Program-made: the position numbers and the translations under genes
The notes under the pieces: model-generated
What the model was told of the DNA's origin: nothing
Database searches by the model: none
Seen by the model: the letters and a program-made list of their open reading frames with translations, nothing else
In this document: positions 34,501 to 48,207 of the stretch, one piece after another
Numbering within the stretch: position 1 is the stretch's first letter
Layout of the letters: each line of letters begins with the position of its first letter
DNA from: Heteronotia binoei
Taxonomy: Eukaryota
Length of the DNA: 64,000 nt
NCBI RefSeq assembly: GCF_032191835.1
Contig: NC_083235.1
Span: 74,896,001 to 74,960,000 of the forward strand
Reading direction: 5' to 3'

Positions 34501-35759
34501 CCGCTAACCATTGAAACTAGGTAAATGTTTGTTGTTGCTTTTTTAAAAAAACCATCTAAGCAAGGACAGTTGGGTTTGCATTAGGAGCTGGTGCAGAAAA
34601 TCAAGATGCTGCATTCTGTGGAACTGAGTCCCTGTAAGAATATTCCATCTGGACCCATATTTGGATTTCTCTCATGCGCAGTGTCTCACTTCAATGTTGA
34701 ATTTGGAGAAGTTTGTCTTCTACCAGGTGAGGCTTACTGTCTGGGGAAGAGTAGAGGAAGCTTCACTGTGTTGCTTGAATTACCAATACAATCAGAAAGT
34801 ATTGGCTCTGTCAACACCATTATGTGATACACAATGTGTTTGGATTTTAGGGACGAAGGGCCACAGCTCCAGTGGTTTTGAGCAGGCATCAGAATGCCAG
34901 CTTGGTTAAAATTGAAACAGCTCTCAAGTAGGATTTGACCAGAGAAGCTAAATCTAGTTGTACTATTGAGACCTGGTTGGATGAGGTGGGAGAAGTAAGC
35001 CATTCTTAGCTATGCCCACCAGGAATCTTAGTGGTACAGCAGCCAAGAACCAGTGGCCAGGGAGGGAAATTTATTTAGTTCATTTGTACCCTTTCTTTTC
35101 TCACCAATACAGACCCAGAACGGCTTTCTCTGTTCTTGTCTTCTCCATTTTATCCTCCTTCATAGGTTAAGATGAGAAATTATGACTGGCCCAAGACCAC
35201 CCAGCAAGTTTCTATGGCATGAGTGGGGATTCAAACCCAGATCTCTCAGATTCTAATCCAACACTTGGGGCGGATCATTGGTGAAATGCCACTTCTCAAG
35301 TCAACTGTCTCCTACCTGAACTTCAGGAGGTGATGCTGGACTTGGTGCTGAGGCCATGAAGATGAGGTGACCTCAAAATATATGCTGAGGCTCCTCAAGT
35401 AGCAGTGGTTCAGGACTTTGTGGCCACTATAACATCAGAGCTCTATCTAAGAACATCTAAGATCACGTGAGCCACACATGAAGCAGGTCATACTCTCACT
35501 GTGGTATTCTGTTCTGATCAAAAGCAAGATGGTTTGAAAGTGGAGGAATTTTAATCTACTCTGTTGTTATGATAGTTTCTTTACCAATTTACAGAGGAAT
35601 TCAAAAGGTTGAGAGGGGGCTAGTCATTCACAGGCTGATGGCTCCACATAGATTCCAAAACATCTCTCCCAGTCATAGCTGCTGGCAGTCATAGCTGCTG
35701 ATTTGCTGTCACCACTAACAAGAAGGCCTATTAATGTACTCTGACCCATTTTTAACCAT

Positions 35760-36025
35760 TACCGTTTTCGCACACAGCTTACCTCGCAGTCACAATCCTG
35801 TTCCCTCCGCAGCATCCGGTCGGATTTCGGACCTTCTGCGCCGGAGTTACAGGAAGTGCCGCAGCTTCTGTGTAGCAAACGTAAACTGTGTTTTAGCGGT
35901 TTACGTTTGCTACGCAAAATCCGCAGCACTTCCTGTAATGTCGGCGCAGATGGTGCGAAATTCGATCGGACACTGCGGAGGGAACAGGATTGTAACTGCG
36001 AGGTAAGCTGTGTGAGAAAACGGTC
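35760..36025. mobile_element. Fold-back palindromic MITE (possibly PIF/Harbinger)
   Basis: ACCGTTTTCGCACACAGCTTACC...GGTAAGCTGTGTGAGAAAACGGT; self-complementary over about 266 bp; possible 3-bp TSD CAT. Confidence 0.85.
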
Positions 36026-38173
36026 CATGTTTGAGTGGATTCATCTTGCATGTGCCTCTATTTGCGTTCTTTATAGGTCATTGTTTCATTTATTCTCTCC
36101 CTTTTATTCTTCACTGTTGGTTTGAATAGGATTTTAAGTGGGTGCTGAGAGTTTTTGTTAAGCATTTGGGTGGAAAAGTGGGATTAAAATATTTTAAATG
36201 AAGTAAACACTAGCGTTGCATGTGTGGTCCAGTATAAACTAATAAATGCAGGTTTATGATCTTCAGGGAATTGATATGGGGGCAGTCTACAAATAAAAAG
36301 GGTCAATGGCACTGCTCTGACAATAGATAGTCTAGAAAAACAGATGTGGCGTGCAAAAACGATTAAGTATACAGGCTTGTCAATCCACACTTGAAACTTA
36401 ACAAGCTGTTTCATCTTACAAAAAATTTCTGAAGAATTTAGGTATTATTCACCTACATAAAACATCCTTCTTACCTCTTTGTGAATGTCATAAACATTAC
36501 TTAGTGAAGATTTCCACTGAAGTGTGTATAAAGTAAATTAAATAAATATATCAAATAAAATTCATTAAGTGTGGAGTTGCAACTCATTGGGGGGGGGCAC
36601 CGTTCTTTTATATTGCTTCTCCTGTCCCTCCCCCAGGATGCTCTCCCTTTTTTCACCCTCCCAAGTACTTTCTCTTGATTCTCCTGCTTCCCATCCAGCT
36701 GGCACATTTCTCCCCTTTTCATCAGCCACTGATTCTCTTGTTTCCCTTACCCTTAATAGCCTCCTCCTCCTGGGTTCACCCAGCAGTGACACCTCTCTCA
36801 CCCTCCTACAGCCTCTTCCTTTCCTCCTCTACTGCTTTCTCCTGTTGCTGCCATGCCAAGTACATGTCTATCTTGAAAGGGGGGGGGGGGAGTTCCTTTA
36901 GTAGGAATATTTACAAATACTTAAAGATCAGGATAAACTAAACACTATGCAGGACCAAGAGTATTCCTATGCAGGAATCTTGATACATGTTGAATTTATT
37001 GATGGCAAATATATATATTTTTTTCTTTCCGACAGTAAGAATAGAATGCCAAAATAAAAACTAGTCAGAAACCTTCAAAGAAAAGGGAACTAACCCTCTG
37101 CAGAATTACAGAAGCTGTCAAACTACATTATTTTAAAAACTCTACACTTATTAATTTTTAAAGTGAAATTATGTAAACAGAACATAATCTACATATACAA
37201 ATATAAGGAAAGGGTGTGTACAGTCTAGTAAGCGGTATAATAAGGACTGAACAAGCCACTAAATTCACAGCTATGACAAAATATTACTTTGCAAGCATGG
37301 AACTGTTCTATGAACAAGAGACAAACCACAAAAGGAAACTAAAGAGGTCAGAAATATGGGCAGGAAATAACAAAAAGAGATTCAGCTTGGAAAAATGCAG
37401 CTGGGGGGAAATCAGCCAAACAGAACTATTCAGAGTAAGGGAAGTCTTGGGGGGGGAGGGAATACAACACAATTATTACATTTATAACCCAACCCACCTT
37501 GCAGCTGGAGAGCATGTGTCCCTTGCAAAAAGAAATGAAGAGGGAGGCAGAGAAAGTGAAATCATACTTTAATACATGAGGAAAGCATCCTATAGAAAGA
37601 AACCTATTTTAGCTTCAGTAGCTTCATTGTTGGCTGGATGATGGACTTCCACCCCCAGCTCCAAGAAGAAAAAAGCCAGTAAGGGCTGTGAAACAATATT
37701 CTAGCAGCTTCTGTGCATGAGTGCAGTATTAGTTCAATGCAATTTAGGATTGACATTCCAGTTCAAAAGTTTACACAGCCTGGTAAGCATGACCAGTTTT
37801 GTTTTGTGTGTGTGTTTTAACTTTAAAGAATACTTTTAATATGACGGATGATCTCCTTGGGCTCTTTTGCTAATATTCTCTATGGATGAACAGCTGGCTT
37901 TGTTGCTTCCTTTTTTTCCTCTCAGAGCTCCTCCACATTACTCAATTTCATACCTTCCAACATTTCACTACAGAAACAGGTACAGTTATGAGGATGAGTG
38001 GGTGGAGCTAGGGCAGAATCCAGGAGCCTAAAAGAAAAAATTGGCAAAAAATGGTGCAGGCCAATACAATCCACGCTCAAATGTACCAAAGCAGAAAGTG
38101 GTAGCTAAATGTGCTTGAAACTAGGTGTCTTCCCACAGCAAAAGCTAGGGGACAAGCTACAGACCACCAGGCT

Positions 38174-38378
38174 GGGGAGGGACGGTGGCTCAGCGGTAGA
38201 GCATCTGCTTGGGAAGCAGAAGGTCCCAGGTTCAACCCCTGGCATCTCCAAAAAAGGGTCCAGGCAAATAGATGTGAAAAACCTCAGCTTGAGACCCTGG
38301 AGAGCCGCTGCAAGTCTGATGACTTTGATGGACTGAGTGTCTGATTCAGTATAAGGCAGTTTCATATGTCCATATGTC
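38174..38378 (+). mobile_element. tRNA-Ala-derived SINE (small internal deletion)
   Basis: Same family as 2810-3044. Confidence 0.85.
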
Positions 38379-38454
38379 CAGGCAAGTTTAATGCATTTAA
38401 TACACACTGCAAAATATTATCTTCTGAATATGTGAACCACATTAGGTGTACAAC

Positions 38455-38956
38455 TAGGGTTGCCATTCCCCAGGTGGGGACAGGGGATCCCCCGGTTTGG
38501 AGGCCCTCCCCCCGCTTCAGGGTCATCAGAAAGCAGCGGGGGGAGGGAAATGTCTGCTGGGCACTTCATTATTCCCTATGGAGACCCATTCCCACAGTGA
38601 ATAAGACTTGATCGGCAGATATCTGGGGCTCTGGGGAGGCTGTTTTTTTGAGGTAGAGGCATCAAACCTGCAGTATAGCATGCAGTGCACCTCTCCAAAA
38701 TACCCTCCAAGTTTCAAAAGGATTGGACCAGGGGGTCCAGTTCTATGAGCCCCAAAGAAGGTGCCCCTATCCTTCATTATTTCCAACGGAGGGAAGGCAT
38801 TTAAAAGGTGTGCGGCCCCTTTAAATGTGATGGCCAGCACTCCCTTTGGAGTTCAATTATGCTTGTACCAACCTTGCTCCTGGTCCCACCCCCAATGTCT
38901 CCTGGCCCCACCCCCAAAGTCTCCAGATATTTCTTGAATTGGACTTGGCAACCGTA
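38455..38956. mobile_element. hAT MITE, TAGGGTTGCC TIR family
   Basis: Perfect TSD TGTACAAC on both sides. Confidence 0.92.
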
Positions 38957-39661
38957 TGTACAACAGATTCATGAGTCTAGGGACCTGGATCTCTGGCAAA
39001 CTTTTACAAATTAACAAGGGAAGAAGCAGCAGGTGAGGGAAAGATATGTAATTCCCCCAATCTGTTGCTTCTTTCCTCTCATCCACCTCTTCCCCAATCA
39101 TATTTGCTTATTTAGCTTTTTTTATTAAAAACCACACTCTTGTGCCAGGGGATTAGGGTGATGCACATGGTTCTTATGCTCACAGCCACTGTACCTTCAC
39201 AACAAACCTGTGAGGTTGTTTAGGCTAAGGCCGTGCGATTAACTCAAGATCACCCAGTGAATTTTCATGGCAGAGTAGGGATTTGAACGTGGGTCTCTCA
39301 AGCGCAGCGTTCTAATTATTATGCCACACTAGCTCTTGTAGACATAGCAAAACACTAGCAGAAGGCAACTGTCTGGAGAAAGGCAGAACCACTAAGAAGT
39401 AGAGCACAGTATTAAGACCCCAGCCGCCAACCTTTTTACCCATCCTTTCATTACTTTTTAAGTGATTGGCTGTGATCCCAGGCCGAGATCCTCTGCCAAA
39501 CTTCTTGCTTGGCATGGAATCCTCTAGGTATCAAAGACATGGCACTGTCCACATCAGTTCTTAAGTGCCATTACTGGCTACAAAAAAATGTTATTAGCGG
39601 AAAGATTTACAAGGAGGTAATTAAAAGATACCATATATTTGAACTTTCTAAAGCATTAACA

Positions 39662-40647
39662 CAGGGGTGTTGGATTCATTTGTTAGGCGGGCCAGATCTG
39701 ATATAGATGAGATCTTGTCAGGCCAGGCACTGTGTGTCATAAAATGTAATGCCAGGGAGCAGAAATATAAACTTTATAAAGGACACAGATAAACATGATT
39801 GATTTTTTTAAATTAAAACATTAGCACTCTTGCAATATTTTGTTTATTTACCAGCCTCTGATAACTGACACCACTTACTCTGAGTTACTGCATCAAAATC
39901 TTTAGACAATGTCTGTGCTGCAGCAATCTTGATTATGCTGTTCAGGTGTTGTTCAAGTGTGTATCTGTAAGTTGCAAACCTACTTCTGATTTATTGCCAT
40001 TCATTACAGAAATCTCATGGTCAATGCTCTGTGTTCTAAGACCCAGAGGAAAACATGAAATGGATGGGCATTGTGAGCTTTTGTACATAAGTTGCTTTGT
40101 GTGTGGGTCAAGAACATGTGAAGGCACCATGACACAGACTGAAGGCTATGTATTTATCTACAAAGGTATAGTCTTCCCCAATTCTTATGATGCAGTGTAA
40201 GAATAAAGACAGCCATGTATAGTGGTCAGTATCAGACTACTATACTGGGAAGCCTAAATTCAAAATCTCCACCTCACTGGTTTCTTGTAATTCCTCATCT
40301 AAACAGTTCACATTGCTTTCCTACTGAGAAAGATTGGATCATGAGGGCATGAATACAGTGAAAATTGATTGGGAGAGAGTTCTAGTCATGCCAGGCTCTT
40401 TCAATCACACAGCAGAGCTACAGAGCCAAGCTCCTCAATTGGCTGAGGCTTTTCCTCCCTCCTCTTCTCTTGGGGAAGAGGGAAAGAGTGAGGAGAGGGT
40501 GCTTTGCTCAGTTGCCTCAATCCCATGGAGAAAAACAAAAATGGCAACAGATGCAGGCGAGAGGGAGAAGGAAGCAGACCAACACAAGCCACATAGAAGC
40601 CTTTGGGGGCCAGATCAGGCCCATAAACTGGACATTTGACACTCCTG
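39662..40647. mobile_element. hAT MITE (CAGGGGTGTC-type TIR)
   Basis: CAGGGGTGT...TTTGACACTCCTG; TSD CATTAACA/TGTTAACA (6/8). Confidence 0.7.
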
Positions 40648-41568
40648 TGTTAACAGTTTAACCAATGTAATTTGGGTAGAATGTTTTTATGTGTTATTGC
40701 TTTTTTTGGTATTTGTATTTCATGCAAGATATAAATATTTTAATAAAGAAATAAAATAAAAATATCCTATCATTTAAGATGATCAATGCTGGGAAAAACT
40801 ACAACTTCAGAGGCCACCTGAAGTTGTTTTTTTCAATTTAATGACTATTTATTTAGACATTATTTAGGATACTTCTATGCCACCTCTTCAGAGTCCTGCT
40901 AAAGGCAGCTCACAATTAAAAGTTTGTATTTCTAACTGAAGAAATTAAATATACCTTCCTCAAAACGTGTAGATTTGGTTCAGAGTATTATAGCAGATTT
41001 TGTTAGAGAACTGAGTATGGAAACACAGCTTTCTAATTCCACTTCTACCTCCACTTCTGTGCTACCTCCATTTAATATGTAGCAACAACTCATACTAAAA
41101 TAGCCTTCTACAGAAAGAGGCAGTGCCTTTATTTGGAAGCATATGGGTAAAAACTAGATTCAATGGAAACAAAATCAAGAACAAAGAGCTTCCCCTTTCT
41201 CCCTCAGGAAAAATTCAGTGGGCATCTGAAGAGTGTTTCATATAGATTGTCCTCCACCCCATGCATAAAATGCATAAAGAGTCGTTTTTCTACAAACTAA
41301 ATTCCTAATAATAATGAAGCTGGTGGTGCTACATAATTTTTGCTCCCCCTTCCCAAGCTCAGGTTTTGCCATATGCCAACTGCCAGACTCTTTCTTCCCA
41401 AGTATATCACTTGGCAAAGAACAGTAATATAAAACAATGTTTCTTGTTAAATATTTAGATTTGAGACCATCCCATCCTGAGGGCTCATAGTATACAAAAG
41501 AAAACGGAAATGAAATCTCATAGTGAAACAAGTCTCCACACTGAGTCAAAAGCTCTAAACATTTTAAG

Positions 41569-41688
41569 CAGAGCTTTTTTTGAGCAGGAACACAAAGGAA
41601 CACAGTTCCAGCTGGCTTTGTATCAGGGGTGTGTGGCCTAATATGCAAATGAGTTCCTGATGGGTTTTTTCCTACAAAAAAAGCCCTG
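41569..41688. mobile_element. Short hAT MITE (CAGGGCTTTTT-type TIR)
   Basis: TSD ATTTTAAG/ATTTTAAT; relatives at 49453-49651 and 20857-21030. Confidence 0.8.
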
Positions 41689-42202
41689 ATTTTAATCATG
41701 CATTTGATTTTTACCCTGCTTTTGCTATGCTATGGGAACAGTGAACCTGAGAGCACACTAGGGATGTGAATCCAAGTCACAGTACACACAGGCTGTGTAT
41801 ACTCCAGGAGATGGTTCAATCAAGAGCATACCTATAGCATTCAGTGGGGTTTTTTGTATGCCTAAGAACAAAATGTTAACCAAAATATAAAAGTTAAACC
41901 ACACTAAAAATAATACCGAATAAAACTATAAATTTCAAATTTAATCAGTTGTCTCACCACGTGGTCCAGAATTGATCAAGTAAAGTCAGAGCCTCTGTGC
42001 CAAGAGTTGTGTGTAGTGCACTGAAACTGGTGCTCAGCTTAAAAATGCTAGGAACCAGATGATGCAATCCTGGCCCAATCAAAGCACATGATGTAATTAG
42101 AACAAAGGTAATGAGGGAAGATAAATTGGAAATTACAGGTACATTACAGGTAAAATGGAAAACTTAAAAAGCTACAAAAATAATTTCAAAATTTTCTCTC
42201 CA

Positions 42203-44670
42203 TTATACACAAAACCAATCAATTTCCTCATTCAAACCATGAGGTGTTAAAGCCCCTAGAGTGTGAATCCAAAATGTTCCTCTGGCCTTCAGACGTTGCG
42301 CAAGCTGTAATTTTGGAGCATGTATTTGTTCCAAGACAAAGACCTGCAGGTGCTTATCAGAGTGATTTGATGAAGCCCAGTGTTTCACCAAGGGAGCATA
42401 CTTCCTTTGAAGACGGAGGTTACTTCTGCGCTCACAAATCCTGGTTTTCACAGTCCTAGCCGTATAGCCAATGCACATTAAGTCACAGCAGATTATACAA
42501 TAAATAACAGATTTGGAATTACAATTAAGGAATGACTTAATGAAATACTTCTTCTGCTTGGTAGAGTCAAGAAAAGAATCAGTGCAACGCATTAAAGTGG
42601 AAATAGAACAGCCCCCACATGGAAAGCTCCCTACTGGTCTCTCCCTGCCATCCACTCCCCTCTGTCTTGTTTGAATGGATTTTAATCTGCTGTTAACTAA
42701 AACATCCTTCAAGTTCTTAGATCTCCTATATGTAAAAAGGGGAGGAGGGCGGCATCTGGGAACCTTGGTGAGGAGATGCCAGTGTTTCATATAATTTCCT
42801 TTACCTGTCTTGACCTCCCATCAAATGTTAAGGGGATAATTCGTCTCTCAGTTTGACTTTGTCTAGTTTTAGGTGCCAATAAGGATGACCTGCAGGTATT
42901 TTTTGCTTTGTGATAAGCTTGTTTAACTATTCTGGAGGAGTAACCTCTCTCCCTAAACTGTCCCATCAATAAAGAAGCCTGTTTAACAAAATCAGAGTAC
43001 TGGCTGCAATTTCTTCTCAGTCTCAGCATTTGAGAGTATGGTAGATTCTTCTTTAAATGTTGGGGGTGGAAACTGTCACTGACAAGTAAGGAATTAACAT
43101 CAGTTGAGTTTCTATAAGTGTCAGTCTCGATCACATTGCCCACTCTCTTCACTACCACATCCAGAAAATTAATGGCAGGAAGGAAGTACTTCTTCACCCA
43201 AAGGGTGATTAACATGTGGAATTCACTGCCACAGGAGGTGGTGGCGGCCACAAGTATAGCCACCTTCAAGAGGGGTTTAGATAAAAATATGGAGCACAGG
43301 TCCATCAGTGGCTATTAGCCACAGTGTATGTGTGTATATAAAATTTTTTGCCACTGTGTGACACAGAGTGTTGGACTTGATGGGCCGTTGGCCTGATCCA
43401 ACATGGCTTCTCTTATGTTCTTAATGGTATTTTTATTACAATTCATCTCAAATTTAATACTATCATGTACACGATTGATGAATTGTTGAAATTCAACCAG
43501 TAGTTCTGAGACTCTCCATATTAAAAATATATCATCCAAAAATCTTTTATACATAATGATGTTGTTTACATAAATGTTATTATCATTCAGGATATACTTG
43601 TTTTCACAATTGTTCATAAACAAATCTGGCAACTCTGGTGCAAATTTACAGCCCATAGCTGTCCCAGATATTTGCCAAAGAAACTTATTTTGGAATTGAA
43701 AGTAGTCTCTCTTTATCTCAGCTGTTTGGCATAGGAATGCAGCAGGAGGGTTAGTTGGATCCTCTCTCCCATCACATGTTATCTGCAGTACCTCCAAGGC
43801 CTCTCCCTGAGGTATATTAGTATATAATGAGACTACATCAAAAGTCACAAATAACATGTCTTCAAAATCCATTCTTATTTTACTGATATGTCCTAAAAAT
43901 CCATTGTATCTTTCAAATAAGTCCTGGTTTTGGAAATGAAAGGTTTTAAAAAACTATCAAGATAACAAGCTAGGGGTTCAAGGATTGAACCACATCCTGA
44001 GACGATGGACCTCCCAGGTACTGGCATGGTCCTTTTATGAATCTTGGGCGGGAGGTAAAATTGTGGAATTCTGTTATCTGACTGTAACAGGAAATCATAG
44101 ATGGATCTTGTTATATACCCTATAAGGAAGGCTTCATCTAATACCTTCACAATTTCTTTCCTGATTTCCAAAGTAGGGTCCTCCTTGCTAATCCTATAGT
44201 GAAGGCTATTGTTCAGTGGTCTTTCAGCTTCTTTAATATAATCCACTCTATCCCATACAACCACTGCTCCCCCCTTATCTGCCGGTTTATATACTATATC
44301 CTCATAAGACATAAGTTTTTTCAGAGCCTCTACTTTCACTGTGGTCAAATTATGCCATACTCTCACCTCTGTTTTATACATTTCATTTAAATCTTCCAGA
44401 ACCATCTCCTGGAATGCCATAACCCTAGAGTTTTGTGAGGGGAGGATTAAAGGTGGATTTTGGCTTAAATTGTACCTCTGTATATATTCTGGGTTCTAAA
44501 TTGTTCTTAAAGTGATCAGCTAGTCTTATCTTCCTGAAAAGGTGTTGAATTTCAATCATGAGTTTAAATTCATCATGCTTGGGAGTGGGAACAAAGGAGA
44601 AACCTTTAATAATTTGACCGCAATGGGTTCCTAGGAGTGAAAGCAACTGATTTACTAGGGAATCCACAAA
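42203..44670 (-). mobile_element. Penelope-like retroelement (Neptune-type), RT + GIY-YIG endonuclease, decayed
   Basis: GFSFVPTP; KPADKGGAVVVW; PQFYLPPKIHK; FDVVSLYTNIP; GTAMG; RFLDDIF; INFLDV; LPYSQMLRLRRNCS; Cys linker FPCGGC; VIYCI...IGYTAR; FWIHTL...PHGLN. Pieces lie in different frames. Confidence 0.95.
43176..43420 (+). mobile_element. CR1 3' end inserted in the Penelope RT
   Basis: RKYFFTQRVINMWNSLPQEVV...FKRGLD tail; TTAATGG duplicated at 43169-43175 and 43421-43427. Confidence 0.92.
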
Positions 44671-46513
44671 AGCCTCAATAAATATATTTACTCATACGCA
44701 AGGCTAGTTTTTCCCCAAGGGATATATTTACAAAAAAATTAGTTATTTCTTGTATATATAGCCCTTTTAGGAGATGTTATCTTCCTTGCAAGTAAATATG
44801 GCTACGGTCTGTCTCTCACGCTTTCTTTCCTCTCTTCCTCCATCCTATCTCTGAGGATGCTGAGGAGGCACAGCAGACTCCACCCTTCACTGCCCTATTC
44901 CCAGCAACAGCAACAACCCTGTGAGGTAGGCCAGGCTGAGCAGCCAGCCCCAAGTGACCCAAACAATAGGTTCCTGGCTCAGGAGGAGGGTGGTCTGAAC
45001 CTGGCTGTCCCAGATCCCCCTACCGCTAGTTCTCATCCCCCCCATATTTCCCACAGAAGTGATGGGGCTGAGGGGAAGGCCTAGGGATGCCAGTTCCCAG
45101 GAGGCAGCGAGGGTCCCCCCAGTTTTTAGGGCTTCCCCCAATGCTGGCCAGCTGACTGCCAGGGGGAAGCCCCATCCCCAACAGTTGTCTGCAGCCCTGC
45201 ACAGCAAGAGGTGAGTTCGCCTCTTGCAGGGCAGGCACATGCGGCACCCTCTCTTTCCAAGCAAGGGTTGCCAGCTTCTGCCTGACAAGAGGCAAATTTA
45301 CCTCTCACTGGGCAGGCATGCGTGGGGTGTGCACAAGCTGTGTCCTGGAGGTGATGATGTCACTCTTTGTGATGTCATCATGTTGGGGATGGCCACACCC
45401 CTCCTGGAACGCCCCCAAAATCCCTCCGCTAGATTGGACCTGGCAACTCTAAGAAGGCTGTTTCAAAAACCTCCAAGGGGTGTTTTTGTCATACTGTGAC
45501 CCCTTTTGTGTTGTGGTCTGAGAACAGGTGTGTGGGAGAAGGGAGGCCACAGTCCCTCAGCCGCCCTCCCAGTTTCGCAGCTGTCCAGGCGTGCAGCGGT
45601 GCTCTTCTTTCCCTTTGCTCCTCTGCTTGCTTCCAAGGCAAGACATCTTTCCCCTTAGAGTGGCACACACAAGATAGCCCAATTGCCTCCCAATCCACGT
45701 GCTGTCCTCCTCCTCCTCCCTCCTCTGCTAGCCACATCCCTTCATCAGCAAACCCCCACTCTCACCATCTCCTCTCTCAGTTGCTGTTTGGAGCACATTT
45801 GAAAGCAAATTTGTTTCCACTCCAGTAGGAAATCCCCCTACAATCCCCCTACAAGACTTACTGATTCATGTATCCTGCGTAGTTCTTAGTTTATAACATT
45901 TTGAAGTTCTTCTGTCTTCCCATAGCACATCTAAACCTTCTTTGGGATGCCACGTAGAGTGTGGATTATGCCAGATGAATGGACCCTTGATTCCTCCCAG
46001 AGTGCTTGCTTTTTCCAAAATCACTACAGAGGACACGTTCCCTCCCACACACACACCTTGCCTGTTTTTGAATTGCTAACATGGCTGTCCTGGTATCTAA
46101 GGCAGGAAGCAGTTTTTTCAAATGTGAATGATAACCAGATAAGCAAGGACTATTTACCTGAAATCCAACAGATGTGCATTCCTCTGTTTCTATTAGGCTT
46201 CCTAATCCCCAGGTCCCAGTGGGGGATCCCCCGGTTTTACAGGCTTCCCCTCGCCCGCAGCCAGCTGGCCGGTGGGGGAAGCCCTGCCCTCACAGCCACC
46301 ATGCAGCTCTAGATCTTGGGCAGGTTTAGAAATGTGTGTGTGTGTGTGCCTTTAAAGTTGAGCAGGAAGTACTTCATGGGAAGGGTCAGCAACACAGTCC
46401 CTCGGTTTGTTTTGCTTTTGTTTCAGAGCAAGAGTGTGTGTGTGTGAGAGAGAGAGAGCGCAGTGTAGCCCCTGTTCTTTTCAGATGTGGTTGTGGAGGA
46501 ACTAGACCCAGTA

Positions 46514-46549
<36 letters not shown>

Positions 46550-46679
46550 GGTTGCCAATCCCCAGGTTGGGAGCCCCCACCCCCGCTCTAGGGTCATCAG
46601 AAAGCGGCCGGGGATGGGGGGGAGGGAATGTCTACTAGGCAATTATTCCCTATGGAGAACGATTCCCATAGGGAATAAT

Positions 46680-47090
46680 TGTCAGGCCCAGAGCCAAAGA
46701 AAAGACAAGTAGAGTTCAAGATCTTTATTTCAGCATCATGGGCATACACAAGCGTTGTCAGAACTGACAAGCCCACCAGTTCCTCCAACTTATAAACCTT
46801 TGCCCTGACCGTTATAATTCAAGCCAAAGCGCGCCAAGCCAAAGCGGGGGTTTTGCATGGGGTTTCTATTAAGCTCTCATCACCACAGGTGTCGTTATCA
46901 GTTCTCGGGTCGCATCTCCTCCTATTCATGGCCTTGGTTACGTAGCAACTAGCCAGCTCCCAGACATACCATCCTCCCTTCAGATAAGCAACAAGCAGCA
47001 ACTACATCAAAGCAGCATAGCTAGCACAAGCACAGTATCGTATAGCTGGATACATATGGCAAGAAGAACAAGATGGAGTGACTCTTGCCA
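46680..47090 (-). mobile_element. Solo LTR (411 bp)
   Basis: TG...CA ends, 5-bp TSD ATAAT/ATTAT, minus-strand TTTATAA and AATAAA about 50 nt from the 3' end. Confidence 0.8.
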
Positions 47091-47422
47091 ATTATGGGGA
47101 ATTGATCCGCAGGTATCCGGGGCTCTGGGGGGGCTGTTTTTTGAGGTAGAGACACCAAATTTTCATTATAGCATCTAGTGCCTCCCCAAAATACCCCCCA
47201 AGTTTCAAAACAATTGGACCAGGGGGCCCAATTCTATGAGCCCCAAAAGAAGGTGTCCCATCCTTAATTATTTCCTATGGAAGGAAGGCATTTAAAAAGG
47301 TGTGCTGTTCTTTTAAATGTGATGGCCAGAACTCCCTTCAATTATGCTTGTCACACCCTTGCTCCTGGCTCCGCCCCAATGTCTTCTGGCTCCACCCCCA
47401 AAGTCCCCAGATATTTCTTGAA

Positions 47423-47636
47423 CATATGAACATGTGAAGCTGCCTTATACTGAATCAGACCCTTGGTCCATCAAAGTCAGTATTGTCTTCTCAGACTGGC
47501 AGCGGCTCTCCAGGGTCTCAAGCTGAGGATTTTCATGCCTACTTGCCTGGACCCTTTTTGGAGATGCCAGGGATTGAACCTGGGACCTTCTGCTTACAAA
47601 GCAGATGCTCTGCCACTGAGCCACCGTCCCTCCCCC
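47423..47636 (-). mobile_element. tRNA-Ala-derived SINE inside a MITE
   Basis: TSD TTCTTGAA at 47415-47422 and 47637-47644. Confidence 0.9.
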
Positions 47637-48207
47637 TTCTTGAATTGGACTTGGCAACCCTAGTTTCTATGAATAGTTCATACTCAGGCATATTAGCCTC
47701 ATTATTGAAAAATCAATTATCCAGCCTCTCCACCTGTAGCAGAAGCACCTGTCAACCAAAAACATGGGGGAGGGGAGAGAAAACTCTCCTTTGGTGAATG
47801 AGTCAAAAGACATCATTCGAAAGACCAGCAAGAAAAGCTGTCAAACACCTTCTTTGAAAACTTTCTACTATCATGCTTCTATGTGGATACTATGGTTGTA
47901 TTCAATTTCCCCCCATGCCTTTAAAGTCTTGTTTTCTAGCTTTAAGGGGAATTGCGAAGGGGGAGCTGGGAACACATCAAAACTTCAAATAAACGCACAG
48001 CCTCCTAGAAACTGCTATCACAAAACACAGTCCAGTAAGCCAACTGGAAAGGAAGCTTTTATTTACAACTCACATTTAACTCCAGATGACACCACTATGA
48101 GCATAAACGAGGCCTGCATCACATTATTCATAGATTTCCCAAGCCTATGACCTCAGATACATTCCAAGCATGAAGCCTTGCTTAGGCTTTTGCCAAGTCC
48201 TTTAGGG

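Larger units (their letters stand above)
46548..47662. mobile_element. TAGGGTTGCC-family hAT MITE hosting two younger insertions
   Basis: Left AGGGTTGCCAATCCCC and right TTGGCAACCCTA; body matches 38455-38956 once the insertions are removed. Confidence 0.85.
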
